32,903 bases of DNA, taken from contig CAJVPI010000367.1 of assembly GCA_910592345.1 (NCBI GenBank), positions 1 to 32,903 on the forward strand. The letters are read 5' to 3'. Within the stretch, counting starts at the first letter, position 1, and every line of letters starts with the position of its first letter. Source of the DNA: Paraglomus brasilianum (taxonomy: Eukaryota). Below, one piece after another: positions 11,491 through 26,000 of this stretch. The notes under the pieces were generated by a model that worked only from the letters and a program-made list of their open reading frames with translations, was not told where the DNA came from and made no database searches. The position numbers and the translations under genes were made by a program.

Positions 11491-13065
11491 AGAAGTCCTG
11501 TTATTCATGCAAGCACGGCAATTGCTAGCTTGGAAACTCGTGCATTTCTTCTGCAACAGGACAATACAGAGAAATACAGAAGAAATTGATGTATTGTTGA
11601 CTTGGATGGAAAATAATCAAGCAATCGATTCTCCAATTATTTTGTAAAACTGTTTACATTTTATTTCGTTTTTTCGTTTTTTCGTTTTTTCGTTTTTTCG
11701 TCCTTATCAACTGGTTTATTGTCATTTAGATTATTAACAACTTGATAAGGAATAGATTCAGCTTTTTGCTGGATCAAATTTAGTATTAATATACTAATAC
11801 GCAAGCATGTCAAAAAATGCAATAGGCAATAGCAAAGTGATGGACAGTACAAACTCCAGTAGCTAATTTAATTATTCTTCAAACAAGCGTTTCACTTTTT
11901 CTGCGACGCTAAAGATATATAAGCAGCTCATTTTCCATCGTCAAAACTTCATGTTAAATGTTGTTGTTAAGATCATAACATTGCAATTCTTCATGTGGTA
12001 GTTGATATAACATACACTTCGCGCCACACATGTATCTTCATCTACTGATTGAATGGCAAACTATTTTTATCTTGGTCAAATTTCTTACAACGATAAGATG
12101 CCTCTTCCAAGATTAATTAACTTCCTCTCGTTATTATTCCTATACTTTGTTTCTATTACCCTATCGATAACAAAATTGTCGGAAAAGTGACCGGAGGATA
12201 GTGATCATACAAATCAATGATTTCAAGGCGAAAGCCTCCTCACTCCGCGAGTCATTCATTATTCAACTGATGAAGCGTGTCCTATTTTGTGCCTACATGC
12301 CCAGCAGTTGTCTCAAATGTCGACGACAGGAATCTGGAAGCGTGATTGGCTCCTATTTTCCGTGACATGAGCTAACGCTAAGAAGTTATTAATAGGATAA
12401 ACATTAAGTACCCTTTAACAAGAATGGAAATCTTTTTTATTTTTAGAGAGAAAAAAAATTTTTTCTTCGATCTCTATGCTTGTACGCTACAGCTACAGTT
12501 GCACAGAAAAATGCCTAATATAATACTAGTGCTTATTATAATTCTATGTGCGAGGTATAAATTTAACAACGATGTTGGAATAATCATCATCATTGGATAG
12601 CTATGTATATAGAATTTGGGTTGGGCATTAGCTAAAGGATTGAATAACACACAGTTTCTTCGAATTCAACCACATGTATCTCGCAAGCACCAATAAATTC
12701 GGGAGTCGATGGTGATAATAACTATGTCGGTATGCTATTTCATTTTTTGATTTAAATATTCAAATATTTGTTATTCAATTCCAAACTTGTGTTAACGACA
12801 ATGAAGGTCTTCAATCATTTGAATTGTTAATATCAATGGGCTCCACGAAATAGGGTGAATTAAAACTACTGTAGTCTACACAAATAATGGTACAACAATA
12901 GAATGCTTATCTTATCAGTCAGCACAGAAACAATAGTAAAGTATTTTTAGATTTAATATAGAAAAGGAAAAAGTGTTGTCAATCAGTATTAGCAACATTA
13001 TTATATAAACGACGCAAATTAATTCTAGGCGTCGCTATAAACAAACAATATAATAAACACTTGAG

Positions 13066-13826
13066 ATGTCAGTTTCGAGTGGCAAGCCAACCTCTGACGA
13101 AGCACACTTTAATAAAGACCCGACATATTGGAAGGCGATTACATTCTTTAAAAGAAAGAGACCAGCTGGGTCGCTAATAAACCTTCCCTACTCAGAAGAA
13201 TATGGCATTTACGAGTCCAGAATCAAGCAGTTGTGGGTATGTATATTAATATGGATATCTTGTTGTAATCCACTGCCATAGCACTAGAATAAACTAAAAT
13301 AATAATAATTCTTTGCAAATATAGGCCATGTCTTGCGCAATAACACACAACATTCCCCAGACATGTAACAAACAAGAAGAGCGTGGAATTACTGTTCTTG
13401 GAGTGCTCACGCCCTGTAGCAGATATTCCAAAGTATATCAGGGATTGGATAAAGTTGGTGCGCATGTGTAAGGATGCACATGATGTAATAACTGAGTCGA
13501 GAAATGAATTAGTCAAGTCCGCTCGTGGTAAAGAGATTCTGCAAAAATTGTCGGCGATACCAATTATCATGATACATATTCATTGTCTTGAGGTGAGAAT
13601 TGCAGTCTTAGACAGGCCACATTGTGTATATTATCGAGTACGCATGCTAGAGATTTTTCAAATACCTTTAAAGCCTCCAGAAAGTCTGGATTCATTGAAG
13701 AAATTTGTACATCGCTGGCTGCGTCTTCATTCATACATCAATAAGATTGCTAGTCAACTGCAGATACTTCAGCCTGAAATAGATAAATTGGTGAACCCGA
13801 TAAATGTTTACTGCAGCACACCATGA
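13066..13826 (+). pseudogene. Probable CRN-type / Mucoromycota-expanded REase-fold domain gene whose exons do not join in frame
   Basis: ELLFLECS...K...DWIKLVRMCKD..D...IPIIMIHI....RIAVLD......YRV...FQIP pattern; the exon 1 donor at 13237 and acceptors at 13324/13360 do not give a continuous frame. Confidence 0.45.
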
Positions 13827-14178
13827 GTGTGAGTGGCTTGTCCACTATTCAAACTCCACTTTGCGCTTTTATGACATTTCCCGACATCGGCTATGAATGA
13901 ATAATAAAATATAGCTTAGATCATAGTAAATGTTGCATTGATATGTATTAGTAGTATTATTATTATACAATAAAGATGACAGGTATCTCTTAATTTCATG
14001 AATTAACCGATATTTTCAGTGATTACTTGAATACAGAAACAAGATATACTTTTTTTAAAAAAACGTACTGTTGCCAGACGTTGGCGATATTAATGATTAT
14101 TGGATTCGGGGCTAAAGACAATAAACTTATTAGTTATTATTATTGATTATACAGGTCTCTTGATAATTACAAGTAGTC

Positions 14179-15146
14179 TCAAAATGGCTATATAGAATTA
14201 CGCAATTTAATATGATGTTAAGTAAACCTATCTTACCTTTTTAGACCTGGTATCTGGTGCAATAAAAGGAATTATACCAATATTAATATTTGTTATGTAC
14301 AAAGAGCACTTGAAATAACTAAAACAAGGATTTACCATTCTTCAGATCGAACGGAAATGGAGACTGCCCGGTTTCTTTATCTTTATATATATAGCTGACG
14401 CTATAATATTGAAATATTGCCCCCAGCGCCAATAATTCATTCGGGGCCCAGTCGATCTCGCAGAGGGACAGGGAATTATTCTTCCCTGCGGGAAGACCGA
14501 CGACAATATCCGACAACTCCGTACCTGCCTACAAAAAAAAACAGTGGTAAGAAAAATATTATAAAAAAGAAAATTTCTAGTGTGCTACTCAATACATACT
14601 GCAACCCTCTCCCCGTGCTGCTGAAGCAGCTCGCGAGACTCCTCGTCTTTCTGTCGTCCTAGGTATGAGCCGTAACGGCGCATAACCTGGTCGACAGAGC
14701 GATCAGCTTCCTCTGCTAAAAGTCTATATATTTTGATTCCTTTTATTGACTCGTTCTCCGCTTGCTTTTTCAGAGTATGATGTCTTTTCCAGTGCTGCCG
14801 TTTGGCTGGTGAACCGTGTAGCTGTAAGAGGGACTCGATTATGTCTAACGGTACGAGGACGAAATGACGTGTTTCTCTCCTAACAAGCTTGTTGTTCGCT
14901 ACTCGTTGTTTGCATACATGTAGAATACCTTGGCGAAAGGGTTTAGGCTAGTTGATAAAGAGAGTTTTTATTATCGTTATTATTATGTATTACAGGTTCA
15001 CCGAAATGGGCGTTCATAACCAAGCATACCTGTGTCGGGTTAATGATTTCGACCGCATCAAAGAAAACTCTTGCTTTTATATAAGTAAGATTTACGAGTT
15101 TTAAATGGGTGTTACAGAGGGTGGGATTCTGTCGCTTCACCAACAA
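14179..15146 (-). CDS. Hypothetical multi-exon protein with an unresolved start; the main exon is absent from the ORF track
   Basis: Exons ?-15030, 14947-14600 (116 open codons), 14528-14336, 14253-14237 and 14187-14179 join in frame through canonical GT..AG introns of about 50-82 nt. Confidence 0.55.
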
Positions 15147-15474
15147 TTCTGGTTCGAAATTCCCACATTTAAGAATGTCATATTACTGAATCGAGGTTGG
15201 TGGTACAGCCGTTCAGATAAATACGCGCATAACGTGCTTTTTTTTTAGCTCAAATTGATCCACCAATTTGGAAGTGCTCCAGCTGAATTAGATCAGACTA
15301 CCATTTAGAATTGACCGTGTCGCATCGTTATAGGGGGAATCAATTGACATTAATGAATGCTTATTTATTGCTATATCAAGTTCCTGGAATATACTATTGA
15401 CAAATAGCATATGCTCTATTCTATTGGGTGATAAATAGAAGACACCAAGTCTTTTAATCGAAAACATTAGAGAC

Positions 15475-17071
<1,597 letters not shown>

Positions 17072-17347
17072 ATTTAGTACATGCGAAGCCATTGATCGAA
17101 ATAATCACCCCCACATTCTTTTTTCCCTAGTTTGGTGGTACAGTCAATTTGAGTCGATCGCGTCAGTTTGCATTTTCCCAATAAGTACTCTATGGTCTTG
17201 TTCAGGAAAGCATTTAAATTCGTTTCAACGAAGATACCCCAGTCAGTATTACGAAATTTAGTCACCAATAGTTTCAAGAGCTCGAGGAATCAGAACACCC
17301 AACTTTTATTTACCTGTTATAAAAGACAATTGCATTACACTCTACCC
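17072..17347. promoter_or_regulatory. Probable bidirectional promoter between divergent DPM1 and PCMT1
   Basis: Only 276 bp separate the two predicted start codons (17071 minus, 17348 plus). Confidence 0.55.
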
Positions 17348-18737
17348 ATGGCTTGGTTCTGTTCTGGTACGGAAACCTTGACAAACAAGCAGAAATGCGC
17401 AGTGCTACTTGCTCTCTCCTCATTCTATCTGTCAAATCACTTTCTCCGCCTCTTTCTATAACAGCCAAGGATAACGATGGCCTTATTTCCAACCTCAAGA
17501 GAGCCGGAATAATCGAGTCTGACCGTATCGAAAGGGCAATGAAATCGATTGACCGAGGAAAATACGTCCGCAAGGATCCGTACAGAGACACGCCTCAAAT
17601 ACTGGGGTTTAACGCTACTATATCCGCTCCGTAAATGTTTGATTTCTACTTTTTGCTTTCGTTCGTTTTGCATAGTTTTGATAAATGATGAGTTTTTTTT
17701 GAACAAACTGAATCATACATATCATTGGGAAGACATATGCACGCACATGCCTTGCAGCATTTAGAACCGTTCTTGAAGGAAGGAATGAAAGGTGAGTAGT
17801 TTATATATGGCGTATTTAGATTGTTGTAATTTGGATTATTAACGAAAGTCGCGTGTTTGATCGAAAACTTTTAACTATATAGTGGCACTTGTTTTGATAT
17901 AGTACTAAAATTCATCCTCAACTACTCGCTTTAAATCTAGTTCTCGATGTTGGATCTGGATCAGGGTACTTGACCGCGTGCTTTGCTGAAATGGTAACTA
18001 TTGCTTTTGTATTTTCGTTTGGTAACAATCTTTTTTTCCTTTTTTACTATTGTAATCACTCATAATATCTGATACAAGGTTGGGACGAGTGGCAAAGTAG
18101 TCGGAATAGAGCATATTCCTGAGCTCGTTCAACTTGGTGAACAGAACGTCCGCAATGATAGGCCAGAATTTTTAGATTCTAAGAGACTTAGTTTTGTCTT
18201 GGGTGATGGCAGACAAGGATATCCTGACGAGGCTCCGTACGATTGCATGTACTGTCTCTAACTACATTTCATTGCTTTATTGCATGTGTGTGTGTCGTCT
18301 CGGTGAAGATGGGCGTTATGCTTTCCCAATGTTTACTGAATGTGATACTTCGTTAAGACATGTCGGCGCCGCTGCTCCCACTACACCCAAGGCATTGATC
18401 GATCAATTGAAAGCTCCTGGACGGTATGAGGATCGCGTTATTTGGAGGGAGGGAAGAGAGGAACACTGTTTGATACCCGAGGCACGTATGTAAACTTGTT
18501 TGAAATGATCCACATAGGCTTTTTATCCCTGTCGGAACAGACCATCAAAGTATCCATCAGATCGATAAGGATAAAGACGGCAACATAACAGACAAAGACG
18601 TAATGGGTGTTATGGTAAGGGTTAGGTTCAAGTGTTTTCTTGCTTGGTTGGAGATTTTACAATGATGACTGACCATCTGCACGTATTTTTAGTATGTTCC
18701 ACTTACCGATGCATCTAGCCAACTGCGGACGTTCTGA
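17348..18737 (+). CDS. PCMT1: Protein-L-isoaspartate(D-aspartate) O-methyltransferase, 8 exons
   Basis: MAWFCS, DTPQILGFNATISAPHMHA, VLDVGSGSGYLTACFA, VVGIEHIPEL, GDGRQGYPDEAPYDCIHVGAAA, LIDQLKAPGRLFIPVG, GVMYVPLTD. Confidence 0.96.
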
Positions 18738-19269
18738 ACATGCGAAATAGTAACGATGAAATATTAGATAGCGTATCATTCGTTGAAATGAATCGCACCT
18801 CATTTATTAGGTGTGTAAATGTCTTTGATCCTCCCAGGTCAATGCTCTTTACACGTGTTAGAACCATGTCGTCTTCTTCTTGAACACAGTATATCACTGT
18901 TAAGTTGCATGATAACTAGTCACATTTCGCTTATTCTTTGTTTTATAATTTGCATTTGGATTCACTTAGCTTAAACAGGCTAATCTCATACAGTTATCAG
19001 TCCATGAATAATTATTTCAAACAGGTTAATATTAAACTCAACATGTTGGAGGAATGCACAAGTTATCAATGAAATAAGTCATGTTACAGGATTATCACAT
19101 CCCCTGACAGAGAAGATTATCATGGAAATTTTAGACGGGGACTGTAGTAGGCATATTATTGGGAGCTGTCGAGTCGGAATATAGTGAACTGGCAAACAAC
19201 CATTATCAGTACAGGCTATTGGCACTCATACTAATAAATGCCATAGTAATTGTAATATTACGGCGCGTG

Positions 19270-20200
19270 ATGTAATAATCGAGAACCTGTTTATCAATTT
19301 GATTTTTTTTATTCAACAATTGGTATTGACAAGAATGTTGTTTAAATTTCTACTTAATACACTTCGAAGACATTTCTCCTGTGTATCGTTTTTACGAGGT
19401 AGAAAGGACAAAGGAAACTTAATGGTATCGCCAGAGAGGATATTGGTATCGGTGTTGTTGGTGTTGTCGTTAGCGTTGGGGTTGATGTTTAGGATATCAT
19501 CTATTCTAGAACTTATATCGTCGATCTTTGTTGTTATGGAATCATCTCTTGTCGTATTATCCTCGACGGTCCTGGCATAGTAAACTGCCTAACACTTACA
19601 ATGGCCTGCAAACGTCTGGCTTTCCAACACATTGATGTGTTGCAAAGTGTATATATGGCCATATCTGTAATCTGGTATTTTTGAAGACCGGTTAGTTTAC
19701 TAGGTACGAGAACAGGAGAATACAACAAAAACTTCAAAAGGAATACTGTACTTTGGGTAGTTTCATTAATCCGACCCCGTTGATGATGCGGTTAAATCAA
19801 CTCCACCATCTCCACCGTAGGATTAGGGTTAGGGTTAGGGTTAGGGCTATCTAAAATTATTTCGAGATTTTTCTCTTGGATTTGGCCCCAGGTTTGGCTC
19901 CAACTTTCTTCTTGTTCCTGTTTCGTAGGGATTGAAGAAATTTGGAAGTTTGCTCCTAGATTTAGTACTTCTGTAACATAACCAGGTAATTTAACTGAAG
20001 AGATATTGTTTACTCCTATAATTACCTTTGGACGGAAGCTTTTTTGTTTGAAACCTTCTTTGAATTCTTTTTCGGAGGACTCTTCTTTGATGGTTTCTGT
20101 TGCTTTGGCTTTTTCTTTGCCTTTGGAGGTGAGTTTTGCGGGGTGCTTGCCCAGACCTAAAGCCAAGTAATATTTTGAGTAAATATTTTAAAGATTAATG
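19270..20200 (-). mobile_element. Heavily deleted Penelope-like retroelement remnant; boundaries approximate
   Basis: GVNNISSVKLPGYVTEVLNLGANF matches the V.N.S...L......L.LG.NF motif that precedes the RT in Penelope-like ORFs; weak thumb-like remnants downstream; no RT core visible. Confidence 0.5.
19823..19846 (+). repeat. Interstitial telomeric repeat (TTAGGG)4
   Basis: ttagggttagggttagggttaggg read directly. Confidence 0.95.
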
Positions 20201-23071
20201 AAAAACCTTGGTTAAATAATTGATTAGTAACCTTGGGTCCTTCTACAGCGAGTGCTGTTCGTGTGGTTAATTCATTAATAAACGTAACCAGCTCAGCCAG
20301 ATTCCTATCGATTATGTTCTGGGCTGTTACTAATGCTGCATAGCCGTTGCTAATAACATCAAAAAAATAATAAAATAAGTATTTGTATCATAAAAGTCAA
20401 GAACGTTCACAACAAGCTGTGGCCACTATACGCTTTCAATTCTTCAATTTACACCTATGGGCAGCGTACGTTCGACCATTCTACAAATACTCAGTGAGAT
20501 ACTCACCCGCGTCGCCTGTAGGTGAGGATTCCTGCTTCCTCCCTACACGTCGCTCAAAAGCGATAACCGTCATTGCAATTCTGCGTCGCTCGCGGGTGAT
20601 CACCGCCTCGGCAACGGTGGCGATTATGGCCTGAACTATGTCAGGGCCTATTTTAAAAAAAACCCCAAGTCGATTTACAGTATGTTGATATTAATGTTGA
20701 GGTTTGCAAAACCAATAAGAAAATACGTAACAATGTCTAATTTTTTAGTCTTCGTAATAATGTTATTAAATAAACATATTATACTAACCGATCCCGTCGA
20801 TGCACGTTTAGTATGCTTGACGCCTGAATTGAGAATCGAAATTGGTGTATGTATGAGTCGGCCAGGTAAATCTAATCAAATGGGAGGCATTTATTTCATC
20901 GATAGTCATTTCACGTGACACATTGTTTATCGCTGAAATTTATGTCGGTGAAACGTACTGTCGGTGAAAGTAGTTAGTGTGCGAGCAGGCTGGGGATTTG
21001 TTTCGGTTGGCGATTCCAGTCACACTATACGTATGCCAGTAGGAATATCAGCTCTTTGAATGAAAGTCCTGTTGTTGTCGTACACATATTAGGAACCCTT
21101 GAGTGCAGTAACACTTTTGGGGCATACTGGACTTTCGAGTATTGACTGCCGCCAAATACCCTCTCTTACCATGGTGATAATACAGAGGGTCGCCAAGTCT
21201 CCGAACGATTTAACACATCGGTCAAGTTCAGCAATATTGGAAGGGTGTTTTTTCCTTTCACGAATGCTTTTCTTAAATTTTTCGCGAAATCAATCTCCGT
21301 CACTAAAATCACTAATACTAAATCGGCAACCAAGAATCAAATGCTTATTTCAAAAACGTGTGCTCACCGTTTGCCAGAATAATATGGCGAACAGTAAGCA
21401 AGTGGGCCAATGTATGGGAGGCCTATTCTCCCGTGCACGGGAGATGCACACAAGGAAGAATGGGACTGGACCTTGTCAATTTTGTAAAGATATTTTTTGC
21501 TGGCAATGCAAAGTGATGTAATCACTCAGCTAAAATCAACCAAAGGAACTCTTCTGCGTGCGAGTTGCTTGAGAAGGAGCTGGACTGTTTCCCGCATCCT
21601 AATTATCGTATTGATAGGAGCTTTGTGGCGCTGCCGTGAATTTCAGAGTTTATAAGGTATTCATTACTTGAATTAATCTCCAGCTTGTTCATTATTAACA
21701 CATATTTGGTGGAATAGGACGTCTATTCACGGGGAATAAATATCTAATCGAAAATGATGGGGATGTGGCGACAGAAAATGGTCGCTCGGGCTTGCGTGTT
21801 AAGAAATTCTTCATTTTTATTAGTACCGACAATCACGTGATGAAAAAATAAAGTCTTTCAACTTCTCAAAGTTCTTGGTTAAAATTGGTAGATCGAACTA
21901 ATTTTTGCTTATCATATTACAATATTATTGGTCAATTAAAATTGAAAAAAATCACTTGATTGTCGAGTATAGATGCACCATATTTCCGACGATAAGGCAT
22001 AATCACTCGGCAGCTTTATTTATCCTAAATCTAAGCGGTTGTCAAAATTTGACGCCGACATTATGCACAATGAATTGTGTCCTAGTTTCACAAAAGCGTT
22101 ATGAATTTGCATATTGATAACACAAATTTTTAGTTCGTGACAAGGTCCAAAAATTGCGCCCCCACATACTTTATAAACGCTTGCTAAATTCATCGTTGAG
22201 GTGTGTTGGAAAGTGTTAAAAATTGTTGCAGTTGTTGAGCAGTAATAAATCGTCATAATCATATTAAATTATCGGTAGTCGTCTACGATTGTTAATTAGA
22301 CTCATTCACTAGAAAACGAGTATAAGGAACTCCTTAAATAGACGCGTCGAAATTTATCTCCCTTTTATAATCAAGACTAGAGATTATTAGTTGTTGTTCC
22401 AATAATAGGTCAATAGGTCTATTCTTACGCGTCTTTGTTGCTATAAAGCCAACTGAAAGAAGTTAGATTAATATCTAGCTATAGATAAGCGGATGCTGGA
22501 GTATTAGACCAGACAGGAAAGAATAGTTCGATTATCAGTGTAATATTTTTATTTAATGGCAGAGATTTTGCATATTGACCATGAAAAACATTTCACTATT
22601 GATTACATAAAATATTCTAATAAGTCTGGTGAGTACTGTTTGATGGCAAGGCAAACTTTAGGGGGTTGGAATTATAATCGCGTTTTTAGTTTACCTTGCA
22701 TAATGGTAACATTGCTATGTTGTTCTATAAGTGGAAATTCACAAAGCATACTATGGTAGTGGAACAAACAGTTGCCTATATTTCATATTACTCATAATCG
22801 TCAACAGAGAAAAACTCTGGCTGCCATCTACGATTTATATTAATATTACATAAATCTTTTCGCCGCATAGATCTCTCAGACCATGACAAAAATGAAAGCA
22901 TGTAAAAAATATTTAAACCAGCCAATTTTTATGGTATGATTGATAGAAGAAGCCATTATCCACAAGCTCACAATAAATAAATACAATCCCACTCGCTCAT
23001 AAATTCTGTTAATATTAAAGTGGTCTACATTAACAACATTGTCATCATATCAGATGTTGTATATAGTACAA

Positions 23072-26000
23072 CTAAAAATCCGGAAGGCTAAGATCAAGTT
23101 GTTTTGAATCTGTTTCAAAATAAATGATAATTTTAATTTTAGCGAGTTAGTAATAAAACCGAGCACAAAATACATACCATAAGTCATATCTACATCTGGA
23201 ACCTCAAGATTGACTTGATTAGAGTCTACGCAACAGATATTGTAAAGGTGTCAGGTTAATAATCGAATTATGTTGCCGACAGTACTAAATTTAAAATAGA
23301 GAGAGAAGTTTACCATACCGTGAACACTTGTAGGTGTTGGGAAATTGTCAAAGTCAAATATTCTACTGGTATAAACAGCTCCAGAATGCGCTGGTTTCTC
23401 TGCGAAATTGGCGCGATTTATCTTTAGTGCAACCCGAGCTCTCTCAAGAGATGGAATGTATTCTTGATCGCGATCTTCATTCCATTTGCTGATAGTACTA
23501 AAAAGTTTGTAAGCGGATGGACGCTTGTCCGGGTCGGCGTCGACGCATTCTTTGTACACGCCAGCATAGAAATCCGGTGTCCAAGGGCTCATTTCCGGTC
23601 TAGCACCTTGGCAAATGTTTCGGGCCAGAGTTATGTTGTGAGCACTGTTCTTGAAAGGGACGTCGATCATTTCAAGCATCCACATTAAGAGACCAAACGC
23701 ATAAATATCTGATTTCTGAAAAAAATAATATAAAATTTAATTTAAAAAAAGGTATAATAAATCGTACGACATAATCCCTGTCGTATTTACTATGCAAATA
23801 TGAACCTAATTGATTGTACTTTTTGAAATACATTATTACAACAACGCGATAGAATGCTATGCGTATGTAATTATATACTGTGACTTCCGTTTTATAGAAA
23901 TACTGCCCTTTCACACACCCGTCATTATATTTGACAAGTACAATCAATTAGCTTCAAAACGATTGCTTACTTGCATAGTAAATACGGATGATAACGACTT
24001 TCGAAATAAAGATTTTTTCCGGCAGGGGAGTGTATATAAAGAATTGTTTTAATATACCTGCGAATATGGCATACCGCGAAGAACCTCTGGGGCAACATAT
24101 GGCATCACACCAAATACTCCCTTATGTTTCTCTGCATCATTTTCGTGAATCGAAAGCCCGTAATCGGTGAGATCTGCATTGTTTTCTCTACTCTCAATAA
24201 GGACATTTCCTCCATGGATATCCCGGTGAATCATTCCCGTTTCGTGGAAATCATACAAACTCTCGACTAGTTGCAAGAGAATCTGCATTTTGCGAGTCCA
24301 TGAAAGGTCTGGATTTTTGCGCAAGTAGGTTGTCAAATCACCGAGATCGGCATAGTCCATAACCAGAACGTGCTTTCCCGTGCTTTTCAAGCGTGATACA
24401 CCCAAAACATGCATCTTTTGCAACCTCAACTTCTGCAGTTCTGAAACCATCGCAGCGCCTACTGTCAACTGTAAGAAAAAAATAATTGAGGATTGTTTCA
24501 TTAACCTGGAATACCGAGATTAAAATTACCTCTTGTAAAAAATCCTGCTCACTATCCTTGATATCAAAAAGAAGTTTGACTGCGACTTTGAGAGGCTCTC
24601 TTCGCACGACACGTTTACCACTGTCATCAAAATCTACGCCCAAATATTTTCCATTTCTCCAGACACCAGAATATACCATCCCGAATCCTCCTTTTCCAAT
24701 CTCGACTAGATCGTCAAGATCGTTTGGTGGAATCCATTGAAGGCAGATATAGTCGTGCCCATCCGCGTCTTTCTGGGTACTTTGGATAACTTGGTCATAC
24801 TTGTCGTTTCCAGTTGTCCAACCTTCCATTAGCTGCTTTCGATCACACTGATTGCACCAAAAGTCTTTATTTGGGTAAGTTGATCCGCAAGTAGAACAGA
24901 AACCATGTGACACGAACGCGTATGCGCCAGTGGATTCAATTCGCGATATCCCATAGAGCGTCAGTTCCTCTAGTGTTCTATAATCCATTTGACAGACGTA
25001 TAACGCTCCTTCCTGCAGCTATTTATCGACAAATGGAAAACATCAATACCTAACAAGAAAACATATAAACTGCGTTCTTTACCAATGTTTAATTACCTCG
25101 CGCAAAAAGTCATCTTCAGATCGATCACTCTTAGCAAGAACTTTGAGAAAAACTTTTGTAGGTTCCCAAATCTCCCGACTTTCACCAGATTCATCATTAC
25201 AAAATCCCTTAAACGATCCATCAAGCCAAGTGGCATAATACAAGGTTCCGAACTCTCTACTGATAATTTCGTTCACATTCTGAATGCGATCGGGGGCAAT
25301 CCATTTGAGACAAGGAAACGGGGTCTTTTCATCCACGTCTTTTTGCGTCTCTTTAAGCAATTCATCATACTTTTCATGCCCACTTGTCCACCCTTCCATT
25401 AATGCTTTTCTCTTACATTCTCTGCACCAGTTCTCATCGCTCAAAAACCAACCACAAGTGTTGCAAACTCCCCCTGACACTATTCCCAATTTATTGGTTT
25501 CAGGTTGTCGTGTAATACCAAAAATACGAAAGATGGTATTACCATATATTCCGGCCCAATCCTTTAGCTAAAAAAAAAATTGAAGTCATAAATAGTGACA
25601 TTGAATTTTCTGCATCTTAATATCTTCGTCTTACCTCTCCGATGCAAGCAACTTCATCTTCAACGATTTTAACCGTGATATTCTGTGGTGTCCACTGAAG
25701 AACGATTCGCTGATTTTCATCAAATTTCCAGTCTTTATATTGCCACTCCAACCATTCCCCAGTATATAGCGTACCAAACGTACGCGTTTCCGTCTCTACC
25801 AAGCTTGCAAGACTATCCCAAGGAATCCATTTGAGACACGCGGTCCTGAAGTCATCAACATCGTTTTGTGATTCTCGGATGATGGCGTTGATTTCCTCAT
25901 TACCGCTGGTCCAACTGAACATTAACCGCTTCGGATCGCATTCTTTACACCATACGTCCTTGGAATCGCCACTGGCACCGTAAAAAATGCCACCACAATT

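Noticed and set aside
11667..11700. (CGTTTTTT)4 repeat and the overlapping 63-aa ORF
   Set aside because: A simple microsatellite; the K-rich ORF tail is a by-product of it.
19104..19128. Hammerhead ribozyme core next to the Penelope-like fragment
   Set aside because: CTGACAGA does not match CUGANGA, no convincing stems are present, and it lies on the strand opposite the element.
19823..19846. True chromosome end
   Set aside because: Only four repeats, with intact genes on both sides.
21099..21521. 140-aa plus-strand ORF
   Set aside because: TTG start, no motif and no consistent splice model.
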